64,000 bases of DNA from Marsupella aquatica (lineage: Eukaryota; Plantae; Marchantiophyta): NCBI GenBank assembly GCA_973895155.1, contig OZ316896.1:9745525-9809524 (forward strand), read 5' to 3'. The position numbers and the translations under genes were made by a program. The notes beneath the pieces are model-generated. The model was given only the letters and a program-made list of their open reading frames with translations, was not told where the DNA came from and did not search any database. This document shows positions 1-13,800 of the stretch, piece by piece (within the stretch, counting starts at the first letter, position 1; every line of letters begins with the position of its first letter).

Positions 1-901
1 AGACTAAGACAAACTCATACGTGAAACACCGTAATGCATTCTGCTGTTCGTAAAGCCACAACTGATACGTACGGTGAGAGAATAAAGGGCTATCCTCGAA
101 AGTTTCAGAAGATTGCCGTCCTCTGATTCAGCACCGCACACAAAACTAGAACTCTGAATCGAAAGCTCTCACTGCGAGGCACAAACTACAATACTGTACC
201 CAACATTGTTTTCACTAATATCCCAGTAGACAGGTCAACACCAGATCAGGAAGGGAAACGGCATTGGTTTAAAACTGGTCGCTCTTACGACGCTCTTTCT
301 TTATGCTCCTGCCGACACCCATGCTGCTAGAGTGGGCAGCATGGTAACGCCTCTTGGCAGAAGCAATGCAAGTAAAAAATACGACGTGATATAAAAGAAA
401 CCAATGACGAGACTTGGAGTTTCTTACATCCACAAGCAAGACAACCACTTCAACAGACAGGTAACTCTGGATCGTAATTACCATGTCTTCTCCAAAAGTC
501 AAAACAAAGAAGCGCATTGAAGGCACAACTCCGTGCCATGAAGAAATCTTTCCATTTCGCATCCGCGTATAAGCACATTACATTGCGTTAGCAGTAAGGC
601 GCCTTCTAAAAGGATGCAGGACACAGCCAAGGCTGACAACATTCACCGGGTTCCCAAGACGAAACGGTAAGCTCACGTAGAGCTCGGATTACTTCAGGCA
701 GGAATCATCCCGAAATCTGGGCAGACGGACAGAAGACCCTAGTATGCTGAGCGCAACAAACGACCAGCATTTCAAGATGACAGACTCTATCCTCACACAC
801 AGCTCGGATCAGTTCAAACAGCACAGAATCCAGGAGGCGAGAGAGAGGTGAACGAGGCAACCTAACAAACCATAAAGAGTCGAAATGAAGGTCTCACTCA
901 C

Positions 902-999
902 TTGTTGCCACCGTCTTCGCTGACCTTGTTGCCGAACTGGATATGGCGACCAGCGTACAAGCCCCGCTTGGCTCGGTTCATCACCACCTTCGCGGCCAT
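902..999 (-). CDS. First coding exon of mitochondrial ribosomal protein L28 (bL28m family); rest of gene lies left of the window
   Basis: Manual translation from ATG at 999 gives MAAKVVMNRAKRGLYAGRHIQFGNKVSEDGGN(K), matching the plant bL28m motif RAKRGL(F/Y)AGRHIQFGN.VSEDGGNK. The exon ends at a GTGAGT donor at 901. Not in the supplied ORF track. Confidence 0.85.
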
Positions 1000-1084
1000 C
1001 TATGCCAATTCTCTCGCTCGAGCTCTGCTTTCTACTACATTTCACTCTGCCGCCCTCCTCCGCTCCCGCCTTGCCTTCCCCCTA

Positions 1085-1093
1085 AACCCTAAT
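1085..1093. promoter_or_regulatory. Telo-box (AAACCCTAA) upstream of the bL28m gene
   Basis: Sequence ccctAAACCCTAAtcg about 90 bp upstream of the ATG. Telo-boxes are characteristic of plant translation-machinery promoters. Confidence 0.5.
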
Positions 1094-1194
1094 CGATGTC
1101 CAGAACAGGCGATGAGAACTGAGGCGGGCTAAAAGGGGTTATGCTGAAGATGGAACGCGGGAGCGGCGCAACACTGAGGGCGGGCGGGCAGTGT

Positions 1195-1885
1195 GGTGTC
1201 AGCCATGGAGGTTTCATGAGAGCCCTCGAGGAGGTTAACCCTTTAATTTCCCCTTCTACCAGCCCAGGTGTTAGCCCAAGAGTGGTTCGAGAATGAAGTG
1301 AGGGCCGGCTTCAGAAAGGCAACAAGGGTACCAAGGGATTGTTCCATCAGCCATGCAGGTTTCATGAGCCCTCGAGGAGGTTAACCCTTTAATTTCCCCT
1401 CCCACCAGTCCTTGAAGGGGTTAGCCCAAGAGTGTTTCCTGAGCAAAGTGAGGGTGGGCTTTAGAAAGGCAACAAGGGTGACAGATGTACCAAGGGATTG
1501 TTCCATCAACCATGAAGGTTTCATGAGCCCTCGAGGAGGTTAACCCTTTAATTTCCCCTCTCACCAGCCCATTAATTTCCAAGAGTGGTTCCAAAGGGAA
1601 GTGAGGGCAGGCTTTACAAAGGCACCAAGGGTGATGGATGCACCAAGGGGATTGTTCCATCAGCCCTCAACAAGGTTAGCCCTTTCATTTCCAAGAGTGG
1701 TTTTGGAGGGAAGTGAGGGCGAGCTCCAGAAAGGCAACATGGGTAACAGATGTACTCAGGGCATTGCTCCGTAGTTTTATCAGCACTTGATGAGGCTAGT
1801 CCTTTAATTTCCAAAAGTATATTTGGAGCAAAGTGGGCTATAGATAGGCAACAAGGGTGATCGGGATAACAAGGGCAATGTTCAC
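1195..1885. repeat. Degenerate tandem repeat, unit about 120-160 bp (cluster A)
   Basis: Recurring blocks CCATGGAGGTTTCAT..GCCCTCGAGGAGGTTAACCCTTTAATTTCC, AAGAGTGGTT, AAGTGAGGG, AGAAAGGCAACAAGGGT starting at about 1203, 1351, 1511 and 1657. Confidence 0.85.
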
Positions 1886-2339
1886 TAGTAGAAAAGACCC
1901 CTCATTCTGACCGGAACACTTATGACTCCAACTACCACAGTTATTATTCTATGACTCCAAATTTAAGGCAGTCATTTCACAACTCCATGAAAGACCACTG
2001 CTATTGGAGCATAGTACCATAAAAAAGAATGACTTTTTTCATTCTTGTGCATGACTATGTTTAGGGACTTGGATGATGGATTGTTTTGTATTGTGTTACC
2101 AAACCAATGTAAAACATGAATGCATTTATATCCTGCTCCAAATGACCATTGATAATTGGGTTGGGTTTAGGCACCTTAAACTAATTGCAATTTAATTTCC
2201 ACCCCATTTAATTAGGTCCCTAAATTGCCTCAATTTTCTGAGGCATCATCCACATTGTCAATTTCATGCCACTTCTTTGGCTAATAAGCCTTGTGAAAGT
2301 GTGTCCATTTATGGGGTTTTATTTGGCTTATTTTTCCAA

Positions 2340-2342
<3 letters not shown>

Positions 2343-2374
<32 letters not shown>
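2343..2374. repeat. (TA)n microsatellite
   Basis: Uninterrupted TATATA run. Confidence 0.95.
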
Positions 2375-2380
<6 letters not shown>

Positions 2381-3072
2381 TATATTTAAGTTTTCCAATG
2401 TCATGGCCGCAAATTCAAAGCTATTACTTAATTTAGGACTTACCCAAAGTATCAATCCTGTTCAATTGTGAACACCTTTTAATTCATTGTTCCTAGCACC
2501 TGTGGTGACTGAACAAAATTCATTGGCATACCCAACACACACACACTCCTCACAATGGACTATTAATGGTACTTAGGGTGACCTAGACTTTGATCATGTC
2601 TGGTCCATATTGGCCTTTGTCCGTAAGTGACCGATTATTACTGTTAAGTTTTTGTTACCAATGGAAGAAGAACGTTACATACCTTGGATACCATCCTGTC
2701 AGTCAACACACTCATTTCTAGTCGTCGACTACTCCATCCCACCTCTTGTGGTGCGTGGGACTTCAAAGAACATTGCACGCGCCATGAAGTGGACCTTGTC
2801 ACTTCAATCTATAGAGAAGTGTTGGGATCAAGGTGTGAGGTTGCAGCCCCAACCTAGTGCATAGCAATAGTGTCACTTAATGTAGCTGCGGGCTACAACA
2901 TTAGACAGTAGAGGCAGAGGCCTCCAACTTTCACTTCAAGTCTCCCACGCATCCACGTTCCAATCTCATTGAGTTTGCTCAAAGGGAGCTGCGCCTGCAC
3001 CGATTTAGGTAACCTCTTATTACAGAACTTTTTACTAGTTCTATTGAGCTTGTTCAGTCCACATTCGATAGT

Positions 3073-3916
3073 AGTGTTCCACCAGATGCGGAGGTTTCAT
3101 CAGCGCTTGAAGATATTAGCCCTTTAATTTCCAGGAGTGGTTCCGGAGCCAAGTGAGTGTGGACTCCAGACATACAACAAGGGTGATCATGACACCGAGG
3201 GAAGTGTTCCATCAACTGTGGAGGTTTCATCAGCCCTTCAAGAGGTCTTGCAAGAGGTTAACCCTTTAATTTCCAAAACTGCAAAGTGAGGGTGGGGCTC
3301 TAGATAGGCAATAAGGGTGATCAGGACACTGAGGGCATTGTTCCATGAGACATGGAGGTTTCATCAGCCCTCAAGAGGTTAGCCCTTTGATTTCCAAGAG
3401 CAGTTCTGGAGCAAAGTGAGGGCGGGCTCCACTATAGATAGACAAGCAAAGTGAGGGTGGGCTATAGAGAGGCAACATGGGTGATCAAGACATAGAGGGC
3501 AGTGTTCCATGTGGAGGTCTGTCTTATCAACCCTTGTAGAGATTCGCCCCCTTCAATTCCCAAGAGTGGTTCTGGAGCAAAGTGAGGTCAGGCTCTTGAT
3601 AGACAAGAGAAGTGAGGGTGGTCTCCAGACAGGCAACAAGGGTGATTGAGACATTGAGGGGCAATGTTCCACCAGCCGTGGAGGTTTCATCAGCCCTCGA
3701 AAGGGTTAGCCATTTAATTTCCCCTAGAGTGGTTCTGGAGCGAAGTGAGGGCAGGTTGTAGATAGACAAGAGAAGTGAAGGCTCCAGACAAGCAATAGGG
3801 GTGATCAGGGCAACAAGGGTAGTTTTACGTCACCCATGGAGGTTTCATCAGCCCTCGAAGGGGTTAGCCCTTTAATTGCCAAGAGCGGTTCATGTGCAAA
3901 GTGAGGGCAGGCTCTA
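3073..3916. repeat. Degenerate tandem repeat, same family as cluster A (cluster B)
   Basis: Same GGAGGTTTCATCAGCCCT / CCCTTTAATTTCCAAGAG / GCAAAGTGAGGG / GGCAACAAGGGTGATC blocks repeated about 6 times. Confidence 0.85.
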
Positions 3917-5406
3917 TTGTAGAGCACGTTTCTAATTGGGATTACTACACTACTCACTGCCATTAGTCTTATGTCACAAATAATGTTTTACTCAATTTGT
4001 GTTAGTAAGTCTAAATCAAGTGAAGAGGTGTTTTGACAAGGGAATAAGAGTAAGTGTGTATCTTATGTAACTGTAAATAGTATTTGTGATTTATACTAAA
4101 CCTTAAAATAGTATTTTAAGGTTAAGGTAAGAGTGGACAAGTGCAATTGACACATGTGTAAGTATGAAATCTTGCTAACAAGAGTGTAGAACAATAAAGC
4201 CACATGCATTGGATAGCTAGTGTGGTGGTTGCATGCATCAATAGCTCTTCACGTAATATTTTCCTTGGATTTTTCTCACTATAGTAATATTCTACTCAAA
4301 ACATAAAATCTCATTGACTTTTGTTTGAGGCCATGCAAAACGGGGCAAAGTTTTCAGTAGCTCCAAATTGTACAGTAGCTTCTCGGGGGTTTCACTTTCA
4401 CAAAAATGACACATCACGTGCGACGAAGTATAGGGTCATTTTATTGGTTCAAAGGGAAGACTTAAGAATTTTCTCAGAAGAACAATAGGGTTTTTAAAAT
4501 CAAAATTTGAGACTTATAAAAACATTAGGGTCCTTATAACCAAATTTTTGGAATATTCCAACTTTATAGGGGTTGAAAAATAATTTTTTTCTTACATTTT
4601 AGGGGGTCCGAGGCCCAAAAAACATCGCAGTTGATGGGGAGGCATCCATATAGTGAGACCCCCGAGAGTAGCTTTCTACCCTGACAATGAATTTTCTGTT
4701 GTAAAGCTTTGTCATGACAAGTCCACATCGGCAACATTAAATTGCAATCCCCTTTGAGAACGTCTAAATTTTCTCAAAATTACAAATCTAGTTGAATTTG
4801 TTTGCCACCATGCAAAAATGGGGCAAAGCTAAGGGGGCAATTTAAGCTCACAGTGCTTCAATCAGTGATGTGATTCACACATTGACAGATTGAAATGAAT
4901 TGTGTGACTTATAACTTGCACATTTCAAATCTGGGTATTCCCGTAAGTCTTGCTTACTAATCAAATTATTAATTATTGCATGCCCCTTTGAGACTTGTAT
5001 GTAACTGAGAATCAAGTTGATCTCTTGATTGATATGCAAAGGCAATAGATAGAGGAGTGTGCTTGTGTGTTTCCAATGATTCACAGTTGGCTTGCTATCA
5101 TTGAATTAGACCATTTCAAACAGCTTAGGCTATTTTCAAGCTTTTTTGACATATTTTTTGCATTTGCAAGAAACAAAGGAATCATGCAGCTAAGCTGATC
5201 CACAAGGTGAGGTGAGTAGTTTTGGTTTGATTACAGTTGAATCTTTAGTTTGCTTTCAATTTGTTTTCAATCCCTTGGATCCATCAAACATTGAGCTGAA
5301 GATTAGTTTTTCAAGCTGGAATGGAACTTGTGTCTGAGTGGCAATTCCTCAATCTTGTGAGCTTGCAGGTCAGGGTGTTCAAGTTAGTTCAAGTTATTGA
5401 TCAAAG

Positions 5407-7097
5407 ATGGGCTCGTATGGCTCTCCCCTTTTAAGTGCATGGAGACATGCACAACAGCCCTTGCCTCCAGTTCTCTCCACTGAAGAGCCTGAACATGTAA
5501 CCAAAGAGCAGTAGGAAGAGCAGCAAGAGGAAGTCAACTAGCAACCACTATCTATTTAGGTTGAAGATCTCATACATTACAACATGTCTACACTAAGGCC
5601 CAACAAGTCAAGGTCATTAAGTGGATGCAGACTACGATTCAACATAGAGGAGGAGAGGAACGATTGATTGCCACCGATGCAATTAAACAATTTCCAAAGC
5701 GTTTTTGTTCTGCTAGAGCAATTGCAAACATTGTGAAGGCATCACGATGGTGGAAGGAACGGGAAAGTATTCTGGAATCTTTCAAGGTAGACAAGACATG
5801 CGTGAGCCGATCATTTCATGATGGGAGGAAACGAACAGACTTGAAGGTGGGTCCAGGTAGGGGGAGGAAAGAAATTTATTGCCTGGACTAGACAGTTGTA
5901 CCCTATCATGAGAGATGAGTTTGAAATGAGTTTGAAAGATTAAGGTCTGCATGCCTGCAATTCTCACCCAAGGTACTCCTTCTGGTTGCTAAAAATGCAT
6001 TAGCTAGGGACGAATAGTCATCCCACTTTCTTTCCGCAACCTATCTTGGATGATCATCCAAGACCTCTGACAAATAGAATAACCCCCAGGTGGGTCCAAT
6101 AGTTCCAAGAGCAAAATAACATTGTCCATTGTTCTCACACTGGTAAACTTATGGTTTCTCCTGCCAAACAAGACTTCATCGAGAGAAGAGTAACATTTCA
6201 CATGGGATTTCTTGCACTTTTTAGATCTGGAATCTTGGATGAGAACCAGGGGAATATGGATGAGGCTTGCTTTTGTGTCAATATGGACAACGGAAAGACA
6301 TAGGTTTAATTAAGAGGAGACAAAAATGTGAAATATGCAGATATTGTTAGTGGGGGAGTTGGAATTACCATGGTACTAAATTCACAGGAGGAGTTCAAGG
6401 GAAAATTGTGACCCCTTTCATGATTTTTCAGAATGATCAGTGTTCTGATCCTATTCCGGAGTCCCTGATAATGTGCCAGGTGTATGCTACCGCTCCACAA
6501 CATCCTTGTTTATGACTTCAAAATGTCTGACAGAATATTACAAGGATGGGAGGGTCAATTGGGCAGATCCTAGTGGACATCGGAAAGTCCAATGGATGGA
6601 TACCTACCCGGGGCACAAAAAATTTCCGGACACCGAGACAGCTTTGGAACACATTAACATGGAGGTGAGAAGGTACCCTGATAATGCTACTCACTTGGTA
6701 CAACCCTGCAATAGCTTTAGGGTTTAAACTTTAAAAATAAAAGATGCCTGGACACTAAGGTGGGAGGTGAAGAAAATGGAGCTGATCAGGGATAGTAGAT
6801 GACAGGGTGATGGAAGGCATGGTACAACTGGTATGCTCATTAATCCAAGGAAATCTTTTTTCTTGCAATGATTTCCTTGGATTAAGTTGGAAATCATTGC
6901 ATGTACAGAGTCAGCTGCAATTGGCAACTGACTCTGTACATGATGTCAACAGGCAGGTTGAAAAACATTACAGAATAAGTTATGCCAAAAAATCTATGAT
7001 TAGAAGTGGTCTCTCCTTAAATCTCAATGGGCTGTGGGAAGAGGAGCAACTTTTGCCAGAATTACACCAAGTCATTGAGAAATATTGGTTAAACTAG
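5407..7097 (+). pseudogene. DDE_1/pogo-type transposase pseudogene (multiple stops and frameshifts)
   Basis: Fragments colinear with the 43558-45301 transposase: NMDE..F.VNMDNGKT, KYADIVSGG, QWMDTYPGH, YPDNATHLVQPCNSF, SYAKKSMIRSGLSLNLNGLWEEEQL. Confidence 0.85.
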
Positions 7098-7118
7098 CCT
7101 GATGCCCGTGCATTGCAC

Positions 7119-7935
7119 GAAAGATGTCGAGGTGCAAAAAGATGTCGAGGTGATAAAAGATGTCGAGGTGAGAAAAAGATGTCAAGGTGATAAAAGATGT
7201 CAAGGAGAGAAAAGACATTGAGGTGATAAAAGATGTCGAGGTGATAAAAGATATTGAGGTGAGAAAAAGATGTTGAGGAGAGAAAAATATGTTGAGGAGA
7301 GAAAAGATGTTGAGGTGAGAAAAGATGTCGAGGTGAGCAAAAGATGTCGAGATGATAAAAGAAGTCGAGGAGAGAAAAAGATGTCAAAGAGAGAAAAGAT
7401 ATCGAGGTGAGAAAAATATGTCGAGATGATAAAAGAAGTCGAGGAGAGAAAAAGAAGTTGAGGAGAGAAAAAGATGTAAAAGAGAGAAAAGATATCGAGG
7501 GGAGAAAAACATGTCGAGATGATAAAAGTAGTCGAGGAGAGAAAAAGATGTTGAGAAGAGAAAAGATTCCAAGGCGAGAAAAAAATGGCAAGGTGAGGAA
7601 ACGAAGTCGAGGTGAGAAAAATATAATTATCAAGGAGAGAAAAGATGGCAAGGTGAGAACCCGGGTGAGAAAAAGATGCAAAGATGAGGAAAATATGTCA
7701 AGGAGAGAATAGATGTCGAGGGTGAGGAAAAGATGTCAAGGTGAGAAAAGATCTTGAGGAGAGAAAAAGATGATGAAAAGGGAGAAGTTGTCAAGGGTGG
7801 GAAGAAAATGTTTTGGTGAGATGAAGATGTCAATGTGAAAAAAGATGTCAATGCAAGGTAAAGATGTTAAGGAGAGATAAATATGAAAAGGCAAGAAAAA
7901 TATGTCAAGGCAAGAAAAGATGTCAAGGTGAGACA
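7119..7935. repeat. Purine-rich minisatellite, unit about 19-21 bp (AAAAGATGTCGAGGTGAG)
   Basis: Dozens of copies of AAAAGATGTC(G/A)AGG(T/A)GA(G/T), decaying towards the right. Confidence 0.9.
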
Positions 7936-10885
7936 AAAACATAATTATAAGCATTGCAATGCACTTGTTGAGACATTTTATGTGTGATCCCGACCATACA
8001 GATGTTGTGATCGTGTTTAATATCCGTGTATTGCACTTAAGATGTGTAAACGATATCATTGCATAAAAATGTCCATGTCAAAAAGATATTGTTGCAAAAG
8101 TAATAGAGGAGAGCGTGAGCTAAATAGATTATGGTAACCGAGGCACATGCATTTGCACAATGCTAGGTTGAAGGTGACATCCCCACTCCTCATGGCCTCC
8201 TCGCCCCCTTTCTCTTAGGCTGCCGCTGCCGCCCCCTCCCCCCCTCCTCTTCCAAAACCCAATAAAAAGCAAGGGTGTCCCTCTTATCTCATTTTTTCTT
8301 CTTATTGCTTATTTTTTAATTTTCATCTCCACTTGCTCCACTTTGTTTCATCCCCTCCACCTATGTACTTATGGGATGGTAATACATTATATATTTAGTC
8401 CCTCACCCATGGGTGCATCATTAATTTCCCCTCCCTACTTTGAACTCTATGGCTTCTAGTCTTGTCCCCTCATAATGGTGTCCCAAGTGCCCCTATCCCA
8501 ATGACAACACCCAAGTGCCCTCACCCAATGACAACACATGGCACTCACATAGAGGGTATGCCATATCTCACTCCGACGGAATCTTTGTGGTATATCAAAA
8601 TACTTGTCTTGTCTCCTTTGGATTAGGGAGATTGTTTTTTGAGTAATGAAAGGCCAGGATAAAAGAGAGTATAAATCCAATGGTCAGAGAATGTTCCCTC
8701 CAAAAGTGAGTTTGTAAACGGAAGATACAACACTTTTGGCGGGATAGGGTATTATAGTAGTAGATTTTAACAGAGGGTTGCAAGGTCTGTTAGATATTGA
8801 TCCACAATTGCCCCTAACAGAAATTCCTGTGAATGTTGGAGGAACCCGGAGAACCCTCGGCTCATGAAGACCTTGACAATGATGAAGTTGATGAGCTTGA
8901 AAGTGACAAAAATGAGGACCTAGAAGTAGAAGACGAGGTGCAATGTGACCAACATGAGAACCCCCTGCAATTGCCTCACGATCCTGAACCACTGGAGGTG
9001 CTTGAGGATGGAGAGCCAGTAGAGATTGAACCAATAGCACTGGTAGAGAGCTCTGCAGATGCTGAGTTTTGGGAATACCTTTCCTCCCACTATGGTTTAG
9101 ACGAAGATGCTTCAAATTGACATATTGTTCAGTTTTGAATATTTTGTAACTGTAGTTTACCCTGGCCTTGACCAATTTTGTAATTGATATTTCATTCATA
9201 GAAAAACATTATTTGTTAATTGCAGTTGGAAAGATTGAATGTCACATCCTCTCACTTTCGCACTTGATTCTTAAACTGATTCACATAATATTTACTTTGA
9301 TTGTTAGTGACATCCCCATTGGTGAGATCAACAGTTTCCATGTCTTTTTTGGTAAATTTGAGCATTTTGGGAAAGAGCAAATATGCATTTGGCGGATTTG
9401 TGAGGACAGGTGTCTGTTTTAGAGTGCATAATCTTTTAGTGCAATGGGGATTCACAAATAATTTTTCCCATACCACTAAATTTTAATTTCATATCATAAA
9501 TGATGTTTTGCAAACACTGTGAATTAATTTTACCAAAAGTCATTAATTAGCATTAGCCACATTCTATTTAATGCGCATGTAAATAGTGTCACTCCAAAAT
9601 TAACACTAGTAAGGCTAAATATGGATAGGTCCAAATCTTGAACAGTCACCCAAATAGAATTAGTAAAACTAATCGTGGTGAAGAGTGTAGTTGGACAGTC
9701 AAACAATCCAATCTAGCTGAGAGAGAACTCAATGGGAAAGAAACTCCAGATGAGAAAGTCTAGAGTTATAATGGATATTCAAACTAAATAAAGGGGTTTC
9801 CAAACCATATATCTAGAGCAGCTGATTTCACCCTTAAAAACTAGTTTGTCTCATTGCAAAACTTCACACTAGTCGTTAGGTACAAAACATATAGTGGGTA
9901 CTGTGATGAGAGTTCATAAATGATTACATATGTATAGTTTGTCTCGGAATGGTCTCAGCAGTGGACCATCCTGTATTTATTAAATCTGGCTCGAGCAAAG
10001 TGCACCCATTGGTATGCTGCATATATCACAGATCCGCAATCTAGAACAGAGCTGTTCATGTATCCTATCTTCAACAAACATTAGAGTGACCAACAAGCTG
10101 ACACAAGACCTTCACATATCCAATCTTCCACCAAGTTCATCTGTACAAGCTTCCAAACAGACACTCATGCAAAGAATCTGATATATGAATTTATCCTCCA
10201 TCAAATGTAGCCCGCGAGAGCATGTCTTCATCTTCACTCCCTAAAGTCCCATCACTTCAAAAGATGTCTCAAAAGTTACTCGTATGATTGTTCTTCCTAC
10301 TGACTACTGAGTAGTCCTACCCTCGAACTAGCCTCAAATGTACACAAGAAACTGATTTGATGACACTTGTGATCAAAGGAGACTGCTCCTTTTATTGATC
10401 TTGGAATAAGATGTCAACCGTTTCAATTCTCATCTCTTAAGTGGGGTCCAACACATCTAGAGAAAGTTCCTCAACCCAAAGTCGACCACCCAAATTGCAG
10501 ACTGGAGAGAATCTGAAAAAATTTCTTTCAAGGACAAAACCTACTGAACGTAGATCGATAGGCCGATTGCCTCTGACTCGGAACCTCAACAACTGAGCGA
10601 GATGATGCCAAGATTAGTCACCGTGCAATGGGATGATATCAGCAGTATATGGATCTTCCGGAAGCAAAACACTTAAAAAGAAATCTGCCAGCTTCAAAGC
10701 CCATAGTTTGAGGGTTCCAGAAGAGTACTATTTCGCGAAATGACCAGGGATTTACTTCGAGTTTCCGTGAGCATCTTCTTGTATGTACACTTTGGCCGCA
10801 GTATGGATTGAGCAGTCGCTGAACACTGATTGCACCCCTCCAAAGCATTGCCGGTCCACACTTTCATCATTGGGGGTGCCGTTCA

Positions 10886-13800
10886 TTAGCCAGGAGCGGG
10901 ATTGGCGGTTGGCTGAACTCGAATGACTTGTTTGTATTTGTACCAGCGGGCACAAGCCAGATACCACAGAAAATTGACTGAGCTCATGATGGCCAAAAGG
11001 TAGTAGAACTTATCAAGTCTGCTCCGATTTAAGTTGTCCGTCAGCCACCCAGGGTTGTCACCATGTCGTGTCACATCTTTCACAACATTCACCAGCACGG
11101 TGCTGACGAAGTGTCCAACTCCAATCGTGCTCAAGTACATGGCAGTCCCCAGACTTCTCATTGACTCTGGGGCTTCGGTGTAGAAGAAATCCAACTGCCC
11201 GACCTGGGTAAAGATCTCAGTAGTGCCGCGGAGGAAGTACTGAGGGACCAACCAAAAGACACTCAAGGGAATAACGCTCTCCGGCTTATCAAGCAACCCA
11301 TATTCCCGGGCTACATTCACCCGCTTCACTTCTACCAGCCCAGCCACAACCATGGCCAAAACGGAGAAGACAATGCCCACCCCCATTCGCTGCAGAGTGC
11401 TAATCCCTTGGGTCTTGCCGGTGAATTTCCTCATCAATGGGACAAAAAAAATGTCATACAGAGGTAAAATACACAAGACATTGACAAGCTCGAAAACTGC
11501 CAGAGAAGCTGCAGGGAACTTAAAATTTGGGCCCATATGGCGATCCATGGTGGTCGCTTCTTCAACTGAAAAAGTTTCCATCTGCGCCAGCGCAGTCCAG
11601 ACGAAGACTGTACTTGCCCATATAGGAAGAAGGCTGATGATCATCTTCAATTCCTCCACCTGGGACACTGTGCACAATTCCCAGCCATTGACATCGACCA
11701 AGGATAAGTCCTTTCCATCTGTTCCCTCGGGGAGAATGGCCGCCTTGTCGAGCAGTCTGCACCAAAGCCAATGGGTTGTCAGTCATGGAAAGTCAATTTC
11801 TTCAGTCAGAACTCAGAACTCAGGTAACTTCGTTCGACAAGTAAAACCCAAAGGCCGAATCGTTGCCAAAGCGTAAGTTACTTGAAGGTATCCTTCTGTA
11901 TAGAATTCGAAGAGAAAGAATGGCAACTAGCAACCGAAACCTTCGGATCAACTATTTAACCCAATTCAGCTTTTGCGGTTCTTAACCTGAATATCTCCTT
12001 CACTTGAAGAGGAATATCATATACTCAAAAACATATAACGGAGGCGGTCAACTGTTTCATATGCGTGGCGCTCATTAAGCAAGCACCAAATAACTGGCTC
12101 GAAAACGTTTTCACGCTTAAACGATTGAATGTCCCTAATTCATTACGCGCCGAAGTGGAGGGCTGCCCGAGAGGTTCGACTACTGCGTACAGCTCTTTGG
12201 CCATGAGATTCTGACCTTGCAAGCTACACGTATCTTCAAATATGCTAGAATGCATGCTGGGACGAAAGTGCACAGATCCGGAGGCTTCTCCGTGATTTCA
12301 GAAACCACCCAAGAAGCACTTTACAAAACAACGCATAACTTATAAAAAAAACCATCCCAATGATGCTGATCGCATGTGTAACCAACGGGAATGAGAGGAT
12401 GGGAAGATGCTCTTACTGCAACTGAGGGCTGCGGGCGATTTTTTGCGCACCGATGTACCTAGGATCATCACTTGAAACCTCATACAACATGCTGTCATCT
12501 TGCGGCAAGGGAAGTTTTCGGTTTCGAAACGCAGCGACTAACACTTGGGTGATAGAGGTTATTGGACTCCCCCCTGGAAGTTTGAATCTGTACAGAGGAG
12601 CCCCAGCTAAAAACATGACGATCGCAGCCGCAAATATTGCCGTAGGTATGCCAAATCCCCAGCCAAAGCCTATGCTTTCTTCGAGATAAACGATGACTGT
12701 CACTGATAAGAGAGACCCTATCGAGACGCAGAAATAATACCAGTTGAAAAAGTGGGACAATTGTTTTTTTTCCTTTGGTTCTGTCTCGTCAAATTGATCT
12801 GCACCGATCGACGATATATTGGGTTTGATTCCCCCATTTCCCAGAGCGATAAGATAAATGCCTATATAGAGGACCGCAAGCTGCCCACCAGATGCTGGCA
12901 AACAAGGACGGGTTTGGTCTACCTGACAGGAGGAAGGTCTTAGGGCTGGCAGCACGGCAGAAAAGGTCAAGAGCACCATTCCCTGCGCCATGCAAGCACT
13001 CTGCACATCACTTCCTGGTGACATTTTCCATTACTACTCAATTACCTTCATAGCTTTGTGAAGTACAGAACTTCTTGCTCAAGCTCCACGGGACAAATAC
13101 TCCTACATTATCCCTCCTTTCAAACCCGGGAGAAAGCGTTTGAGGATAGCATGAACAAGTCATGCTCAGTAATGGAGAAAACTGCAAGAAAATCAGAATC
13201 TCCCCATTGACGGATAGAGCACTTCACTAGGGCTAAGAAATACTTTGCATCTCACCTCAAACGCTGCAACTGAAAATCAGAATATCAAGAGAAAATGCAC
13301 CCACTCCCCTGCCTCACTTCTGCATCCAAATCATACTTTGACAGCATAGAATTAAATGAGCCATAAAGTGACTGCTTACTCACCATCACTTGAATCACAC
13401 CAAAAACTACGATGACCCAAAATCTCCCGAGGAACGCATCACCCACGAAACCACCAATAAACGGAGTAAGGTAGACAGCACCCGTGAAGTTTGAGACCAT
13501 ATTGGCAGCATTAACATTGCTTATGTTCATTTTGGTTGTGAAAAAGACCACTAGATTGCGTTGAAGACCCAGAGAGCCGATTCTCTCGGCTAACTCCGTC
13601 CCTGCAGAATAGAAATGTCCAGATCTACCATGAGGAGTTCGAAACAACAGAAGACATCCCTCATAACGAAGTACAACGCATGCTCACAACACAAGTACGA
13701 AGAATCCCATCAGTAGCTACAGAATGCTAAGGGTGACTATCTCCGAAGTACATCAGAGATGTGCTATGTACTTTCATTCTTTCAGGACTTCGTTCTCTAA

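Larger units (their letters stand above)
3948..9687 (+). mobile_element. Old, degraded pogo-like (Tc1/mariner superfamily) DNA transposon
   Basis: Degenerate TIRs TA|CACTACTCACTGCCATTAGTCTTA and TAAAACTAATCGTGGTGAAGAGTG|TA (18/24 match by eye), with TA on both sides. The terminal CACT(CTT) is shared with the 35288-45742 element. Contains a transposase remnant. Confidence 0.6.

Noticed and set aside
1085-1093. Interstitial telomere array
   Set aside because: It is a single AAACCCTAA unit, better explained as a promoter telo-box.
7094-8059. Phe/Ser/Leu-rich and Arg/Lys-rich ORFs
   Set aside because: They are translations of the purine-rich minisatellite, not genes.
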